Shown: positions 41,271-53,823 of the stretch, piece by piece
How the letters are laid out: every line of letters begins with the position of its first letter
How positions within the stretch are numbered: position 1 is the stretch's first letter
From: Dictyostelium discoideum
Lineage: Eukaryota
Length of the DNA stretch: 64,000 bases
Reading direction: 5' to 3'
Assembly (NCBI GenBank): GCA_000004695.1
Contig: CM000152.2
Span: forward strand, 5,120,001 to 5,184,000
Position numbers and translations under genes: made by a program
Notes under the pieces: model-generated
The model's database searches: none
What the model was told of the DNA's origin: nothing
The model's input: the letters and a program-made list of their open reading frames with translations, nothing else

Positions 41271-42935
41271 TTAATTCTTTGATTTCTTTTTTTCTTTTTT
41301 ATCTTTTTTATCTTTTTTATCAGAAGATTCTTTTTCGCTGTCTGAATCTTTATCGGAAGATTTCTTTCTCTTTTTGTCTTTCTTTTCTTTTTTGGATGAT
41401 TCATCATCAGAGTCATCTTTTGAGGATTTCTTTTCTTTCTTTTCTTTCTTTTCTTTCTTTTCTTTTTTGTCTTTCTTTGAGGATTTCTCTTCTTCAGATT
41501 CGTCATCGGATGAGTCTTTCTTCTTTTCTTTTTTATCTTTCTTTTCTTTCTTTGGGACTGGTTTTTCATCTTCAGATGATTCAACTTCAGCTTTAACGGC
41601 GACAGAGGCAGTTGCTTTCTTTGGAGTATCAACATTCATTGATTCGACTGGGGAGGTGGTGGTGGTAGTGGCAACTTGACCAGTGTAATAGGTGTAAGTG
41701 TTGGTCCAATCTGATGGAGTTTTTTCATTTGGTTTACCAAATTTGTCTAATTTACCATCTTTGATCATTTCCTTCTTGACCTTTGCTTTTGGACCAAGAC
41801 CCCATCTAACTGGATAGACATCTCTATCCATGATAACTCTTTTGATTGTGGCAACGACACCATGATCACAAGTGGCCATTGAAGCGGTGGTCATTTGAGC
41901 GATACCAATAGCGATGGCTTCACCTTTGGTGGTGATAAGAACGACTTCTTCGTTTGATTCAATGTCTTGTTCATAACGTAAGAGACCTGGAATCATGAGT
42001 TTAGCACCATAACAGATGGCATTGATTGCAGAGTCTTTAACGACGATTCTCTTGTAATTGGTGAGAATTGCTTCCAATGGTTGAATGACACGACGTAAGT
42101 AAGATTCGTCTTTGCTATTGTCATATTCGTATTGAGCGTCTTTGACGTCATGCATGGTGACTTGACCCTTCTTTTCAGACATGATACCGGAACGGACTCT
42201 ACGAAGTTCTTGCATATGACCACCGACACCCATCAAGAGACCAATGTGAACGCAAAGGGTACGAATATAGGTACCGGCTTCACAATCGACCCAAATTAAA
42301 CCTAAATTACGTTCTGGGTCAAATTCTAATAATTTGGAGTTATGAATGGTACGAACTCTTAATCTCTTTTTGACGGCAGATTTTTGTGGTGGTCTTTGGA
42401 AGAGAGCACCGGTCAAGGTGTCTACAGCCTTTGAGAGTTCAGTGGTACCTTCGATGGCACCATGTAAACGAACGATACCAATGTACTCTTTACCTGCACC
42501 TTGTTGTGATTTAACCAAACGAGTTGCACGTTCAATACAAACGATTAAACAACCAGTAACCTTTGGATCCAATGTACCAGAGTGACCAGTTTTGGTTACA
42601 CGAAGAATGGTACGAATCCATGCTACAACTTCATGTGATGATGGATTTGATGGTTTATCCAAATTGATAATACCATATTTAACATACTCTTTGATTGGTC
42701 TCTTTAATGGTGAATGACCATTTGGAATTGGTGTATAATGACCAGTTCTAACTGATAATTGATCATAATTTTTTAATAATAATGGCCATTTACTAGTATC
42801 TAAAATTGGGGTTTTTTCTGGTTTAATAACTTGTTCAACTTCTTGTGTTGATTTTTCACTTGATTTTGATTTTGATTTTTTATCTATAATTAATTAAGAT
42901 AAAATAATAAATAAATAAAAAAAAAAATAATAAAT

Positions 42936-42966
<31 letters not shown>

Positions 42967-43028
42967 ATATTTTTAAAAAAAAAATAATAAATTTTAATTG
43001 ATTAATTTTCACACATACCAGTTGTCAT
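41271..43028 (-). CDS. dyskerin / Cbf5 (H/ACA snoRNP pseudouridine synthase, TruB family); 2 exons (43028-43019, 42883-41271)
   Basis: The sequence is near-identical to conserved dyskerin blocks: [82 protein letters not shown]. The catalytic Asp is in GTLDP. A PUA region and a C-terminal KKE/D lysine-rich tail are present. The mini first exon is ATGACAACTG|GTATGT, and the acceptor is tatag|AT (phase 1). Confidence 0.9.
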
Positions 43029-43571
43029 TGTTGAAATTTCTTATTTTAAATAATATTTAAAACTTTTTTTTTTGTTTTGTTTTTTGATTATAATAATTAT
43101 TACTATTTGATTTTATGGAAGAAAATAAATGAGTAAATAAAAATTAGATTTTGTGATAAGAAATTTGAAAAACAAATAATAACAATCGGTTTTATAAAAT
43201 TCTATAAAAAATAAAAAAAAAATAAAAAAAAAAAAAAAAAATTTTAACGAAAAAAAAATAAAAAAATGAAAAAAAAAAAAAATGAAAAAAAAAAAATAAA
43301 AAATTAAAAAAAAATAAAAATAAAAAAAAAACGAATATAGAAAACGAAAAAAAAAATAAAAAAAAAAAAAAAAATTTGGAAAACTGGATTTCTTGATGAA
43401 ATACTAGGAGTTTTTTTTTGTTAATTTAATTACACTTTTGAAATTATTAATTAATGATACTTTTTAAATTTATTTATTATTTATTTTTTTTCTACACTTT
43501 ATATTTTTTAAAAACTGAAATTTGTATTATTATTATTATTATAATTATTATTATTATTTTTTAATTTAATT

Positions 43572-45530
43572 TTATAAATCATTATTATCTTTATGATTAT
43601 TAAAAATATCATCATCAAAATTTGATGATGATGTTGTTGAAGTTCCATCAGATAATTGTTTATAATCTTTATATTGATGGGATTTTTTATATCTATAGAA
43701 ACCAAATGCCAATATAGCAATTACAATTAATGGTAATATGATACCTAAAGCTATCCAAATTTTATCAGTTTTCTTTGGAGGGCTACCAGCGAAATTGAAA
43801 TGAATTTCTAAACTACCTGGAGCATTTCCAGAGGATGTGGTGGTAACAAAAGAGAATTGAATATTATAATGATCCATGGTGGTTGGATCGGTTGGAATAA
43901 ATTCAGAGAAATTACCATCCAAGGCAATGTTTGAATCGATTAGATAATAGATTGAATCCATATCGGTTGGTGGAGTACTAATGTTATAATTGAGTGCACC
44001 ATTTAAATTGATAGCATTGTAGATACTCAATGCTGGTTTGATTGTGTTTGGACCAATACCACCAATGTCGAGTGTTGAATTATAGAAAAGATCCATATAA
44101 CCATGAACTTCACAATTGCAATCGGGTTGAATTTGGAAAACACCATCGGATATAACATTGGCACTTAAATATACATTCTCGCCAACCACATTGATTAAAC
44201 CACCATTATTGTTTAATAAGAAAATATAGGTACGAGAATTTGCATGTAATACTAAACTACCACCCTCTGCTTGTTCATAGTTACCATTTGGACAAACCAA
44301 TGAGGTGGGCACATCGACGATACCCTCGGATATGATACATTTCTCCAATATTAATTGATTGGTAGTCAAAAGAGTTGTATCTGGTTTTAAAGTGATTGAA
44401 CCAAAAATAGAGAACCCATCTTGCATCTCTACAACACCCTCTTCAATGGTGATGTTTGAGTATTGTGATGAGCCTTGAGCAATTGGTGAAACAATTGAAC
44501 CTGGTGGGAAGGTGATGTTTGATAGGAATGAATTTGTATTCTCCATAATTGTGAATACACCATTGAATACCACTGGTAGATCTGTTGGGGAGATTCTAAT
44601 TGAGGTTTGTGGTAATACCGTTATATTTCCATCGATTACGGCATCACCAATTGAAATGAGTGTACCTGATCCTTGGAATGTACTTAACAAAGTGCTCTTG
44701 AAAAGCTGTATCTCACCAATGACAGCATTACCCATTGTAATCTTTGTGATGGTGCTTGGGTTGAAAATTGGTGTAATCAATGTAGATGCGTCCAATGTAC
44801 CATAGAATAAATAGGTTGAACCATATCTACTGCTACCATTATCCATAAGATCCATTTGGTTACATTTAATCGATGTATTCATCGATGTTACAATACCATT
44901 TGATAATTGGATATTCATAGCTTGAATTCTTGCCTCATCTTGCACCAACATCGACGAATCACTAACGATTCTATTGCCCATCAATGACGATTTATCATAT
45001 AGAGTGAATTGTGTATTCACGTCGATTGAAACATCCACAAAATCATTTGAAAATAAATTTGATGAAGTCGATATGGATGAGCCATCGGTTAATTTCACTA
45101 TTGAGTTTATAAATTCAATGGAACCACTCATAATTGATCCACTGTTGGTTGAAAGTGTAATTTCAACATTTGTAAATTTGGAATCACCATTCACTGTGAC
45201 ACTACTATTCAATTCTAAACTTATACTTGATACTTTATTCGTTGGGAATGTAACTTGTAATTGGTTGGCAATTAATGAATTTGAAACTGTCAACAATGCT
45301 GTATTACCAGATGGTATCACTAAATTGTTAATTATAAATGTTGATATTTGTGGATTATTGAAAGCAACTTGATTATCCCAATACTTTGGATTTATAATAT
45401 TACAACCTATTTTTGAATAACAATCTTCTTGAATTATAAAATTGGTTGTATAATTACTAGTTACACTAGTTTTAGATTTTACAATATTTATAAAAAAAAT
45501 TGAAAAAATTAATAACAATAATAATTTCAT
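43572..45530 (-). CDS. Ser/Thr/Asn-rich type-I membrane (or secreted) protein, 652 aa, Dictyostelium-specific
   Basis: N-terminal signal peptide MKLLLLLIFSIFFINIVKS. Long low-complexity ectodomain. TM helix IWIALGIILPLIVIAILAFGFY, then a short cytoplasmic tail. Confidence 0.55.
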   Translation of the reverse strand: MKLLLLLIFSIFFINIVKSKTSVTSNYTTNFIIQEDCYSKIGCNIINPKYWDNQVAFNNPQISTFIINNLVIPSGNTALLTVSNSLIANQLQVTFPTNKVSSISLELNSSVTVNGDSKFTNVEITLSTNSGSIMSGSIEFINSIVKLTDGSSISTSSNLFSNDFVDVSIDVNTQFTLYDKSSLMGNRIVSDSSMLVQDEARIQAMNIQLSNGIVTSMNTSIKCNQMDLMDNGSSRYGSTYLFYGTLDASTLITPIFNPSTITKITMGNAVIGEIQLFKSTLLSTFQGSGTLISIGDAVIDGNITVLPQTSIRISPTDLPVVFNGVFTIMENTNSFLSNITFPPGSIVSPIAQGSSQYSNITIEEGVVEMQDGFSIFGSITLKPDTTLLTTNQLILEKCIISEGIVDVPTSLVCPNGNYEQAEGGSLVLHANSRTYIFLLNNNGGLINVVGENVYLSANVISDGVFQIQPDCNCEVHGYMDLFYNSTLDIGGIGPNTIKPALSIYNAINLNGALNYNISTPPTDMDSIYYLIDSNIALDGNFSEFIPTDPTTMDHYNIQFSFVTTTSSGNAPGSLEIHFNFAGSPPKKTDKIWIALGIILPLIVIAILAFGFYRYKKSHQYKDYKQLSDGTSTTSSSNFDDDIFNNHKDNNDL

Positions 45531-45578
45531 TTTTTTTTTTTTTTTATCTATACATAAAAACGTTTATTATTATTTTTG

Positions 45579-45618
<40 letters not shown>

Positions 45619-46441
45619 AAAAAATAAAGAGAAAAAACAAAAAACAAAAAAAAAAAAAAAAAAATTAAAATATTTTTTTTTTTATTTTAGAAAATATCTT
45701 ATGATGCACTATGCGAAATTCTTTGAAGAGTCACCCAATTAAAAAAAAAAAAAATATTCAATGGAAAAAATCTTTTTTTTTTTTTTTTTTTTTTTTTTGT
45801 GGGGAAGAATAAGCCTTATTTATTATTTTTTTTGTTATTAACAATTGCTTACTTGTGTAATTATAAAAAAAAAATTATAAAAGTTTGTGAAGATTTCTGT
45901 TTTGTGTATGATAGGTCTCCAATGGAAACATTATATACCCCACAAAAATCATCACAAACTTTCAATTTGACATGGTCATAATCAATAATATATAAATATT
46001 TTATTACTATTTATTTACTCATTTTTAAACGATTTAAATATATATGGGATTTATTAAATACTATTTACTTTTTTTTTCAAACCAAAAATACCAAAAAAAA
46101 AAAAATAAAAAATAATTAAAAAAATAAAAATTAATAAAAAAAAAATTAATAAAAAAATAAATAAAAATGGGGGTCAATCTAATAATTACTAAACAAATTT
46201 TGTAAATCTTGTTAAGGGTGTAAACAATTATTTTTTATTTTTTTTTTTTGGTATTTTCATTTTTTTTTTTTTTATTTTAATTAATTTTTTTAATTTCCTT
46301 TTTTAGTATTTGGTATTTTCATTTTTTTTTTTTTTTTTAATTTTTTTTTTGATATTTACATTTTTTATTTTTTATTTTTTTGTTTTCTTTTTTTGTTTTG
46401 ATTGCCAAAAGAATCATATCTCTACTGATCAAAAAAAAAAA

Positions 46442-46541
46442 NNNNNNNNNNNNNNNNNNNNNNNNNNNNNNNNNNNNNNNNNNNNNNNNNNNNNNNNNNN
46501 NNNNNNNNNNNNNNNNNNNNNNNNNNNNNNNNNNNNNNNNN
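46442..46541. other. assembly gap (100 N)
   Basis: Run of n characters. Confidence 1.
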
Positions 46542-46542
46542 A

Positions 46543-47675
46543 CCACCTTATCCATATCAACAACCACCACAACAGCCACAACAACCACCATATCAACAAG
46601 GAGGTTATTATCCACCACCACCAAGTGGTCCAACACAAACAGGATCAACTCCGCCACAACAACCACCATACCAACAAGGAGGTTATTACCCACCACCACC
46701 AACAAGTGGCCCAACACAAACAGGATCAACTCCGCCACAACAACCACAACAACAGCTCCAACAATCACCACATCAACAAGGAGGCTATTATCCACCACCA
46801 CCACCAAGTGGTTCAATACAAGCAGGATCAACTCAACCACAACAACAGCAACAACAACAACAACAACAATCACAACCACCACACCAACAAGGGGGTTATT
46901 ATCCACCACCACCAACAAGTGGCTCAACACAAACAGGATCAACTCCGCCACAACCACATCAACAAGGAGGTTATTATCCACAAAGTGGTTATTATCTGCC
47001 ACCACCACCACCACCACCACATTAACAAGGGGGTTATTATCCACCACCCACACCAACACCACCACCGTCATCACCATCACCCCAGCTTCAAAAGCAAGAA
47101 ATTCCAAATACAGCTTCTCCACCTCTTCCACAACAGCAACAACAAGGAGGATATTACCCACCACCTCAACATGGTTATTATCCTCCTCCTCCTCCTCAAG
47201 GAGGTTATTATCCACCTCCATATGGCTATGATCCATATGGTCCTCCTCAAGGAGGTTATTATCCACCTCCGCCACCATATGGCTATGGTTATTATCCCCC
47301 TCCACCACCATATGGTTATTATCCTCCCCCATCTCAACAACAAACACCACAACAACCACCACAACCACAACAGTTAGATTCCTATGGTGTACCACTCCAA
47401 AATTCTCAACAACAAATCCCATATCCTCCACAACAACAACCACCACAATATGAACAACAACCACAACAACCACCACAACAACCACAACAACCACAACAAC
47501 AACCACAACAACCTCAACAACAACCACAACTACCACAACAACCACAACAACCTCAACAACAACCACTACAACAACCACAACAACCTCAACAACAACCACT
47601 ACAACCTCAACAACAACCTCAACAACAACCTCAACAACAACCTCAACAACAACTACAACAACAACCACCACCACT

Positions 47676-47718
<43 letters not shown>

Positions 47719-47842
47719 CCACAACCACAACAACAACAACCACAACTACAACAACAGCCACAAGAGAATTTAGGTGAATGGAGAAAAAGTATTTCAGAGT
47801 TTGTTAGTCCTGAAAGAGTAATTTTAGAGGACAGTTCAAAGG

Positions 47843-47940
<98 letters not shown>
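46543..47940 (+). repeat. coding-type tandem repeat array (66-nt units encoding QQGGYYPPPP(T)SGPTQTGSTPP), then Pro/Gln-rich and (AAT)31 poly-Asn tract; in frame with and upstream of the Argonaute ORF; contains an in-frame TAA at 47023-47025
   Basis: The frame (position ≡ 1 mod 3) reads GGYYPPPP/PQQ repeats continuously from the gap to 47022 and from 47026 into M47941. The ORF-track ORF 46310-47377 is the out-of-frame reading of the same repeats. Confidence 0.6.
47846..47938 (+). repeat. (AAT)31 microsatellite immediately upstream of, and in frame with, the Argonaute ATG
   Basis: Pure aat run. Confidence 0.9.
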
Positions 47941-47941
<1 letters not shown>

Positions 47942-50692
47942 TGGATTTAAATAATAACAATAGAGACTCAAGGGGTAGAGACGATTGGGATAATAGGTTT
48001 TCTTCAAGAGATTCACACCATAGGGATAGAGACAATAGAGATAATAGAGATTCTTATTCAAGTAGGGATAGAGAAAGAGATAGAGATTTTTACTTAAGTA
48101 AGGATAGGGATAGGGATAGGGATAGAGACAGGGATAGGGATAGGGATAGAGATAGAGATAGGGATAGAGATTATAGAGGAAGTTATAGAGATAATAGAGA
48201 GAAAAGCGGTGGTAGTTTGGGTTCATCAAGTAATAGTGTCCCACAGAGTTTATCACAATCATCATCGTCAATACCTCAAGCATCATCGTCTTCTAATATC
48301 ACCACTCCCTCCACAACCACCACCACTACAAACACAAACACAAACTCAAACTTTTTATCATCACCATCATCATCATCATTATCATCATCATCATTACCAG
48401 CAGCATCATTATCCTCTGGTTCATTGAGTGCTGGTATTGGGTTTTCAAAAAGAGTTAAAGATGAAGATGTTGTCGATATTAGTGATGGTAATAAAAAATT
48501 AACCGTTCCAGTAAGAAGAGGTGTTACTGTTAAATTATCATCTAATCAATTCCCATTAAATATTGATAAATCAGTTAAAATTTATTTATATTGTGTTATT
48601 TTTACTGTAAGTCATTTAAAAATAATATATTAAATGAAATATTCTAATTTTTTTTTTTTTTTTTTTTTTTTATTTTTTTAAAAGCCACAAATTTATAATA
48701 GAGTTAGAAAATATGATTTAGTATCAGGATTACAAGGTGCAATTGGACCAAATATTTATGATGGAACATCATCATTGTATTGTTTAAAAGAGATGACAGA
48801 GGATCAAATATTTCAATTTGATAGTGTAAATATTAGATTGAGTTTTATTAAGGTATTGGATCCACCATCTACCATTCAATTTTATAATGTTTTCATGAAG
48901 AAGATTATGAAGTTATTAGGATTTTCAATTGTTGGTAGACAATATTTTAATTCACGTCTATCAGAAAAGATTGAAAGTAGTAATTTAAATGTTTGGCCAG
49001 GTTTCTTTACATCGATTGGTAAGATTAGCGCAGGTACATCATTATTGGCAGATATGTCAAGAAAAGTCATTAGAAAGGAATCGGTTCTATCCTTAATTCA
49101 ATCACTAAGTAGAAGAGGTAGTCGAGCAGATATTGAAAGAGAATTGGTTGGTTCAATCATCATTACATTGTATAATAATAAAACCTATAGAATCAATTCT
49201 ATCGAATGGAATAAATCACCAAGATCCAATTTCAGGACCGATGCTAATGGTGAAATCACCTTTGAAAATTACTATCGTATAACTTATGATCGTTCAGTAA
49301 CAGATTATGAACAGCCATTACTCATATCACGTTGTAAAGGTAGAAAAGAGGATGTATACTTAATACCAGAGTTTTGTAATCTCACTGGTATCTCTAATGA
49401 AGATAGAAAAAATGGTCAAAAGATGAAAGAGATTAATGAACGTACCGTCGTTGAACCAAGAAAGAGATTCTATGGATTGAAAGAATTTATTAAATCCATT
49501 AATTCAACCACTGAAATTAGGGAGGAGGCTTCTCGTTGGGGTATTTCTTTTCAAAATTCATTGGAGGTCAATGGTAATCAGTTCCCAACACCTCATAAGG
49601 AGAATTTTTACTTGGAAAAAATTAAATCAAATTGGGGCATTATTGCAGCAGAGAGTTTGCAAAAGGAGTTGGGTACCTTTGAAAAGGAGATGAAAAACTA
49701 TTGCTTGGAACGTCCATTCGTCCAACTTGTAAAGAATAATCCACGTGAATTCTCTAGTGAAATTAGAGCAATGGTAGATAGTAAGAAAATAGATTTCGTT
49801 GTTTGCATCATTCCAGCCGTACAAACTGAAGCTTATAATGCCATCAAGAGAGCGTCCTTATTGGAGTGTAAGATCGTTTCTCAAGTTATTACTGCCAGAA
49901 CTATTACTAGTGGTAAATTCTATGCAATTCTTCCAAAGATTATGAGTCAAATTAATACTAAAATAGGTAGACCACCTTGGAAATTATCTCAATCAATCGA
50001 AGATACATACTCAAAAGGATGCAAGATCAGTTGCTGCTTTCTGTGCCACCACTAATAATGCCTTTACAAACTGTTATGTTAGTGCAACCATTCAAAAACA
50101 ATCTTCAAAAGAAGTTATCAATTCATTAGGTGCATCAATGGGTAATGCATTAAAGGCTTATCATCATATTAATAGTCGTTTACCAGAGGTTGTTGTTGTC
50201 TATAGAGATGGTATTTCCGATGGTATGATTGATCAAGTTAATAAATACGAAGTTCAAGCAATTAGAGAATCATTCTCAATGTTACCATCATCAATGGGTG
50301 CAAAACCAAAACTTATTTACATTATCGTTAAAAAGAATACTCATATTCGTTTCTTTGATTTAGGTGGTAATTACAGTAATCCAACTCAAGGTGTTGTTGT
50401 TAGTCAAGGCGTAACTAGAGATCATTGGTATGACTTTTTCTTAATCTCTCAAAAAACAACTAAAGGTACAGCAAATCCAACACATTATCATGTTATTCAA
50501 GATGAAACAAATATTCAAGCAGAATCTTTACAACAATTAACCTATAATCTTTGTTATCTCTACTTTAATTTCGATCAAAGTGTATCGGTTCCAAGCGTTT
50601 GTCAATTCGCTCATAAATCTGCATTATTAATAGGTAAATCCTGTAATGCAAATACTCCTGAAGAATTAAGTAATCGTTTATTCTTTTTATAA
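47941..50692 (+). CDS. Argonaute/Piwi-clade protein (agn family): RD/RG-rich N-terminal region, N-domain, PAZ, MID, PIWI; exons 47941-48606, 48685-~50019, then a +1 frame shift into 50018-50692; possibly a pseudogene
   Basis: Intron ACT|GTAAGT(48607)..aaaag|CCA(48685), phase 0, both pieces in the same frame. The PAZ region is GSIIITLYNNKTYRINSIEWNKSP...YLIPEFCNLTGIS. The MID/PIWI region is ..KIGRPPWKL.. then DARSVAAF..VVVYRDGISDGM..DFFLIS..PTHYHVIQDE..RLFFL* (Piwi C-terminal ..FFL end; second Asp and His of the DDH triad present). The reading frame shifts between 50018 and 50040. The GxDVxH first-Asp segment is absent. Confidence 0.7.
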
Positions 50693-51484
50693 AAAAAAAA
50701 AAAATGAATAAATAAAGAAAAATAAATATATTAATTTTTGTAAATATAAATTTAGAATCATTTTTAAAATTATTTTATTTATCTTTATAAAGATAACTTT
50801 TTATTTTTATTTATTATTTTTTATTTTTTTTTTTTTTTTAATTTTTTTTTTAATAACTTAAAATATAAATGAATAAAAATTAAAAAAATGTAATTCTAAT
50901 TAGAATTATTATTTAATTTTAAAATTTTTTTTTTTTTTTTTTTGTAAACCTATTTTTTTAAATAAATATAAATTCCCCTTTCATTGTTCTTCAAAATAAA
51001 AACAATAATTAAATTCTTTAAATAAACTTTTTAGTCACTAAAATTAATAATAATAAAATATAATATAGTAAAAAATCTGGATTTTTGTTTAAAAAAATGA
51101 AAATATATATATTTTTTTTTTTATCAATAAAATCCTTTTTTAGTTTTTCAACAAATTTAAACACATGTTTGAAAAAAAAAAAAAGTGGAGTTTGAAGAAA
51201 CTTGTTGCGGATATAAATATGCACACATAAATACATTTTTTTTTTTTATATTTTTTTTTCTTTTTCTTCACTTATACAAATAAATAAAAAAAGATAGAAA
51301 AAGATAGAAAATTTATAATTTAGATTATTCATAGATTTTGTTGGTTTTTATTATTATTACTATTTTTTATTATTACTATAGTTTAGTAATTCTTCAAATT
51401 CTTTATTATTAAAATACTAGTAGTTTTTAAAATAAAATAAAATAAAATAAAATAAAGTAGAAAGTTAGTAGTATACTATTTAAA

Positions 51485-52095
51485 ATGACTTATCTTTGTG
51501 ATAAAAAAAGAGAAGTTGAAGGGGATATTGATGAAGAGAAAGGTTCTACTAAAAGATTTAAGTCACAAGGTAATATTGAATATGGGAATCAAAAACAATT
51601 TGAACCAATCATCACTCACTCTTCACAGTTGGCTCCTTCATACCAATATCCACCACATCAATATCAATATTATCCACATCAATATCCGCCATACCAACAA
51701 CAATACCCATTACACTATCAATATTATAATCAAAATCAACAACATTTCTTTGATTCCTCTTCTCAAAATCAACAATATCTACCACAGTTTCATCAATATC
51801 ATCAACCTTACTTGATACCTCTTCTCAAAGTCAAATACAACAATATCCCCTGCAATCAACACCACCACCACAACAACCACAATAAAACTTTCAACATCCA
51901 CCACCAAAACCACAACAATCCATTACACAATTAGATATTGAGAAAGAGTTAATTGGTAGTATTGTAATTACATTGTACAATAATAAAACCTATAGAATCA
52001 ATTCTATTGAATGGAATAAAACTCCAGAAACCAAGTTTACTCCCAATATTGGTAGTGATATGTCTTTTGAAAACTTATGGACAAAAAGTTACTAA
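51485..52095 (+). pseudogene. truncated, frame-shifted partial duplicate of the Argonaute gene (Tyr/Gln/Pro-rich N-terminal low-complexity segment + PAZ-region fragment)
   Basis: Frame A (ORF 51485-51934) is SYQYPPHQYQYYPHQYPPYQQQYP..., reminiscent of the GYYPP repeats. Frame B (from 51886) encodes ...LDIEKELIGSIVITLYNNKTYRINSIEWNKTPETKF..*. Across the core that is about 80% identical to ADIERELVGSIIITLYNNKTYRINSIEWNKSP of the upstream Argonaute. A stop follows after 55 codons. Confidence 0.55.
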
Positions 52096-52399
52096 TCAAA
52101 ATCAACCAATATCTTTTTTTATTACTAATGTTTTATTTTATTAAATATATTATAAATATTATAATAATATGTGTTTTGTTGTAAAAAAAAATCAACATTG
52201 GAGAATCTAAAATATCTTTTCAATATTTTTAGATATTTTTTTTTTATTTGAAAAAATTTAACCTGGTTCCAAAGATATTTTTTTTTTTATTTTTTTTATT
52301 ATTTTTATTTTTTTTTTTTTTTTTTTTTTTGACAGATTAAAAATAACTTTATTTTTTTTTTTTTTTTTATCAATCACCAATTAAAAAAAAAAAAAAAGA

Positions 52400-52697
52400 A
52401 TGAAATTTTCATTTAAATCAATTTTCTTATTTATTACATTCATATGCTTACTTTCAATTGTTTTTGCAAACAATCAAGTTACTCCAGAAGAAGCATCAAT
52501 TGTTTTCCCAACCAATGAAGATTTACAAAATGAAGAATCAATTTTAGAATCAGACCTTGTTGGTAAAATGAATACTGATGTTTGTGCTGGAAAAAATCAA
52601 GTAACCTGTTTAGTTTTTGAATTTGCTCAAATCAAGTGGTATGATTTTTATTATCATTATATTATTTTATTATTATTATTATTATTTTATTAATACT

Positions 52698-52741
<44 letters not shown>

Positions 52742-52787
52742 CTATTGGGATTTAAAGAAAGGAAAATGCTTGCGTATTTACCCATAA
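52400..52787 (+). CDS. small secreted Cys-containing peptide (~95 aa); 2 exons (52400-52638, 52742-52787)
   Basis: Signal peptide MKFSFKSIFLFITFICLLSIVFA. Donor TG|GTATGA, acceptor ttttaag|C (phase 2). This gives ..CAGKNQVTCLVFEFAQIK-CYWDLKKGKCLRIYP* (5 Cys). Hypothetical. Confidence 0.35.
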
Positions 52788-52889
52788 ATTATTCAAGTGG
52801 CCACTAATTTTATTTATTTTATTATTATTCTTTATTTATATCAATTAAAAAAAAAAAAAATAAATGAAATCACATTATTTATCAACTTT

Positions 52890-52923
<34 letters not shown>

Positions 52924-53312
52924 CATCATTTAATTTTATTTATTTTTCATGTGAATTTAATAGACACTCAAAAATACAAAATCATAAAAAAAAAAAAAAT
53001 GTAACCATCCTTTTTTTTATTTTTTTATTTTTTTATTTTTTTATTTTTTATTTTATTTTTTTTTTAATCTAAATAATTAAATCCAAAAGTTTAAAAAAAT
53101 AGGAAATTAAACCATCCCAAACAAAAAAATTGGGTTCGGTTTAATTTCTTGATTTTTTCAAAAAAAATTAAAAAATAGAAAAATAAAAAAAAAAAAATAA
53201 AAAAATAAAAAAATAAAAATAAAAAAAACTCGTTAAAAATTTTCAAAATAGTCACAGTAATAATAATAAATAGTACAAAATAAAAACAATAATACAAAAT
53301 ATAATAATAGTA

Positions 53313-53375
<63 letters not shown>

Positions 53376-53394
53376 AATAATAAATAAATAAAGA

Positions 53395-53783
53395 ATGAAT
53401 GATGTTTCTAGAATTTTCCCGGGATTTTATATCGGATCATTGCCAGCAGTAAATAGAAATACATTGGATAAATATCAAATCACACATGTTTGCAGTGTTT
53501 TAAATGAATTTCAACCAAAATGGACAAAGATTTACAAATATTTACATATTGACATCTATGATAGTCCATCGGTTGACATTATGAAATATTTTGATAAAAC
53601 TTTTCAATTCATTGAAGAAGGTAGAAAAGATGGTGGTGTATTAGTTCATTGGTATGATAATCAATAATTTATTTATTTATTTATTTTCTCATAACATAAT
53701 ATATGCAATACAAATTGTAGGGTGCTGATATTGATATTTCTGCAAAACTATTTATAAAAATTAAGAGTTAGTAAATATAAAAT

Positions 53784-53823
<40 letters not shown>

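Noticed and set aside
41255-41679. Lys/Arg-rich and Ser/Phe-rich ORFs overlapping the dyskerin 3' end
   Set aside because: Frame-shifted or antisense readings of the KKEKK/DSE low-complexity tail of dyskerin.
46337-47761. 474-aa poly-Val ORF (-) and 355-aa His/Asn-rich ORF (+) across the gap
   Set aside because: Out-of-frame readings of the CCA/CAA/GGT repeat array. The in-phase reading (GGYYPPPP) is the only protein-like frame. Both run through the N gap.
47804-48286. Tyr/Leu-rich minus-strand ORF overlapping the Argonaute N-terminus
   Set aside because: Antisense of the (GAT-AGG-GAT-AGA)n RD-repeat and the AAT run.
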